In this document: positions 63,786-64,000 of the stretch, piece after piece
Layout: each line of letters begins with the position of its first letter
How positions within the stretch are numbered: the first letter of the stretch is position 1
Source of the DNA: Mobula hypostoma
Lineage: Eukaryota
DNA length: 64,000 bases
Reading direction: 5' to 3'
Assembly: GCF_963921235.1 (NCBI RefSeq)
Contig: NC_086109.1
Location: 35,156,001-35,220,000 of the forward strand
Notes under the pieces: model-generated
Told to the model about the DNA's origin: nothing
Databases searched by the model: none
What the model saw: only the letters and a program-made list of their open reading frames with translations
Program-made: the position numbers and the translations under genes

Positions 63786-64000
63786 CAATAACTGAAAGAC
63801 AGAATTAAGTGTAGGTGGATGTGGCAGCACCACCAGGAGGGGATGGGAGAAGTGATTGCTTCAGGAATCTAACAGCAAATGAGGAAGAAGCTGTTCTGAA
63901 GCCTGGACATCCAGGCTTTTAAGCTTCTCCCTGAAGGTAGGCAAGGGAGAAGGAAATGGCCAGGGTGACAGGCATCCTTAATATGCCCTTTAGCCTTCCT

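Overview
Eukaryotic, AT-rich, vertebrate-type genomic DNA dominated by transposable elements. The mix of CR1 LINEs, Rex1/Babar LINEs, Penelope-like elements and V-domain and CORE tRNA-SINEs suggests a fish, most likely a shark or ray (inference). Main contents: three young minus-strand CR1 LINEs (one with a nearly intact ORF2, one retaining the SGNH-esterase ORF1); a complete 4.96-kb Gmr1-like Gypsy LTR element (ATTA TSD, tRNA-Pro PBS, PPT) whose pol is heavily deleted yet stays in frame with gag; a solo LTR with a 5-bp TSD; Penelope GIY-YIG remnants and short Penelope-derived palindromes carrying a minimal hammerhead-ribozyme motif; hAT and Tc1 MITEs; and several nested insertions, including a 126-bp L1 endonuclease fragment between a 39-bp duplication. 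A few low-confidence exon candidates on the minus strand may belong to an unidentified host gene. There are no prokaryotic features such as CRISPR arrays or operons. Boundaries of degraded repeats are approximate.
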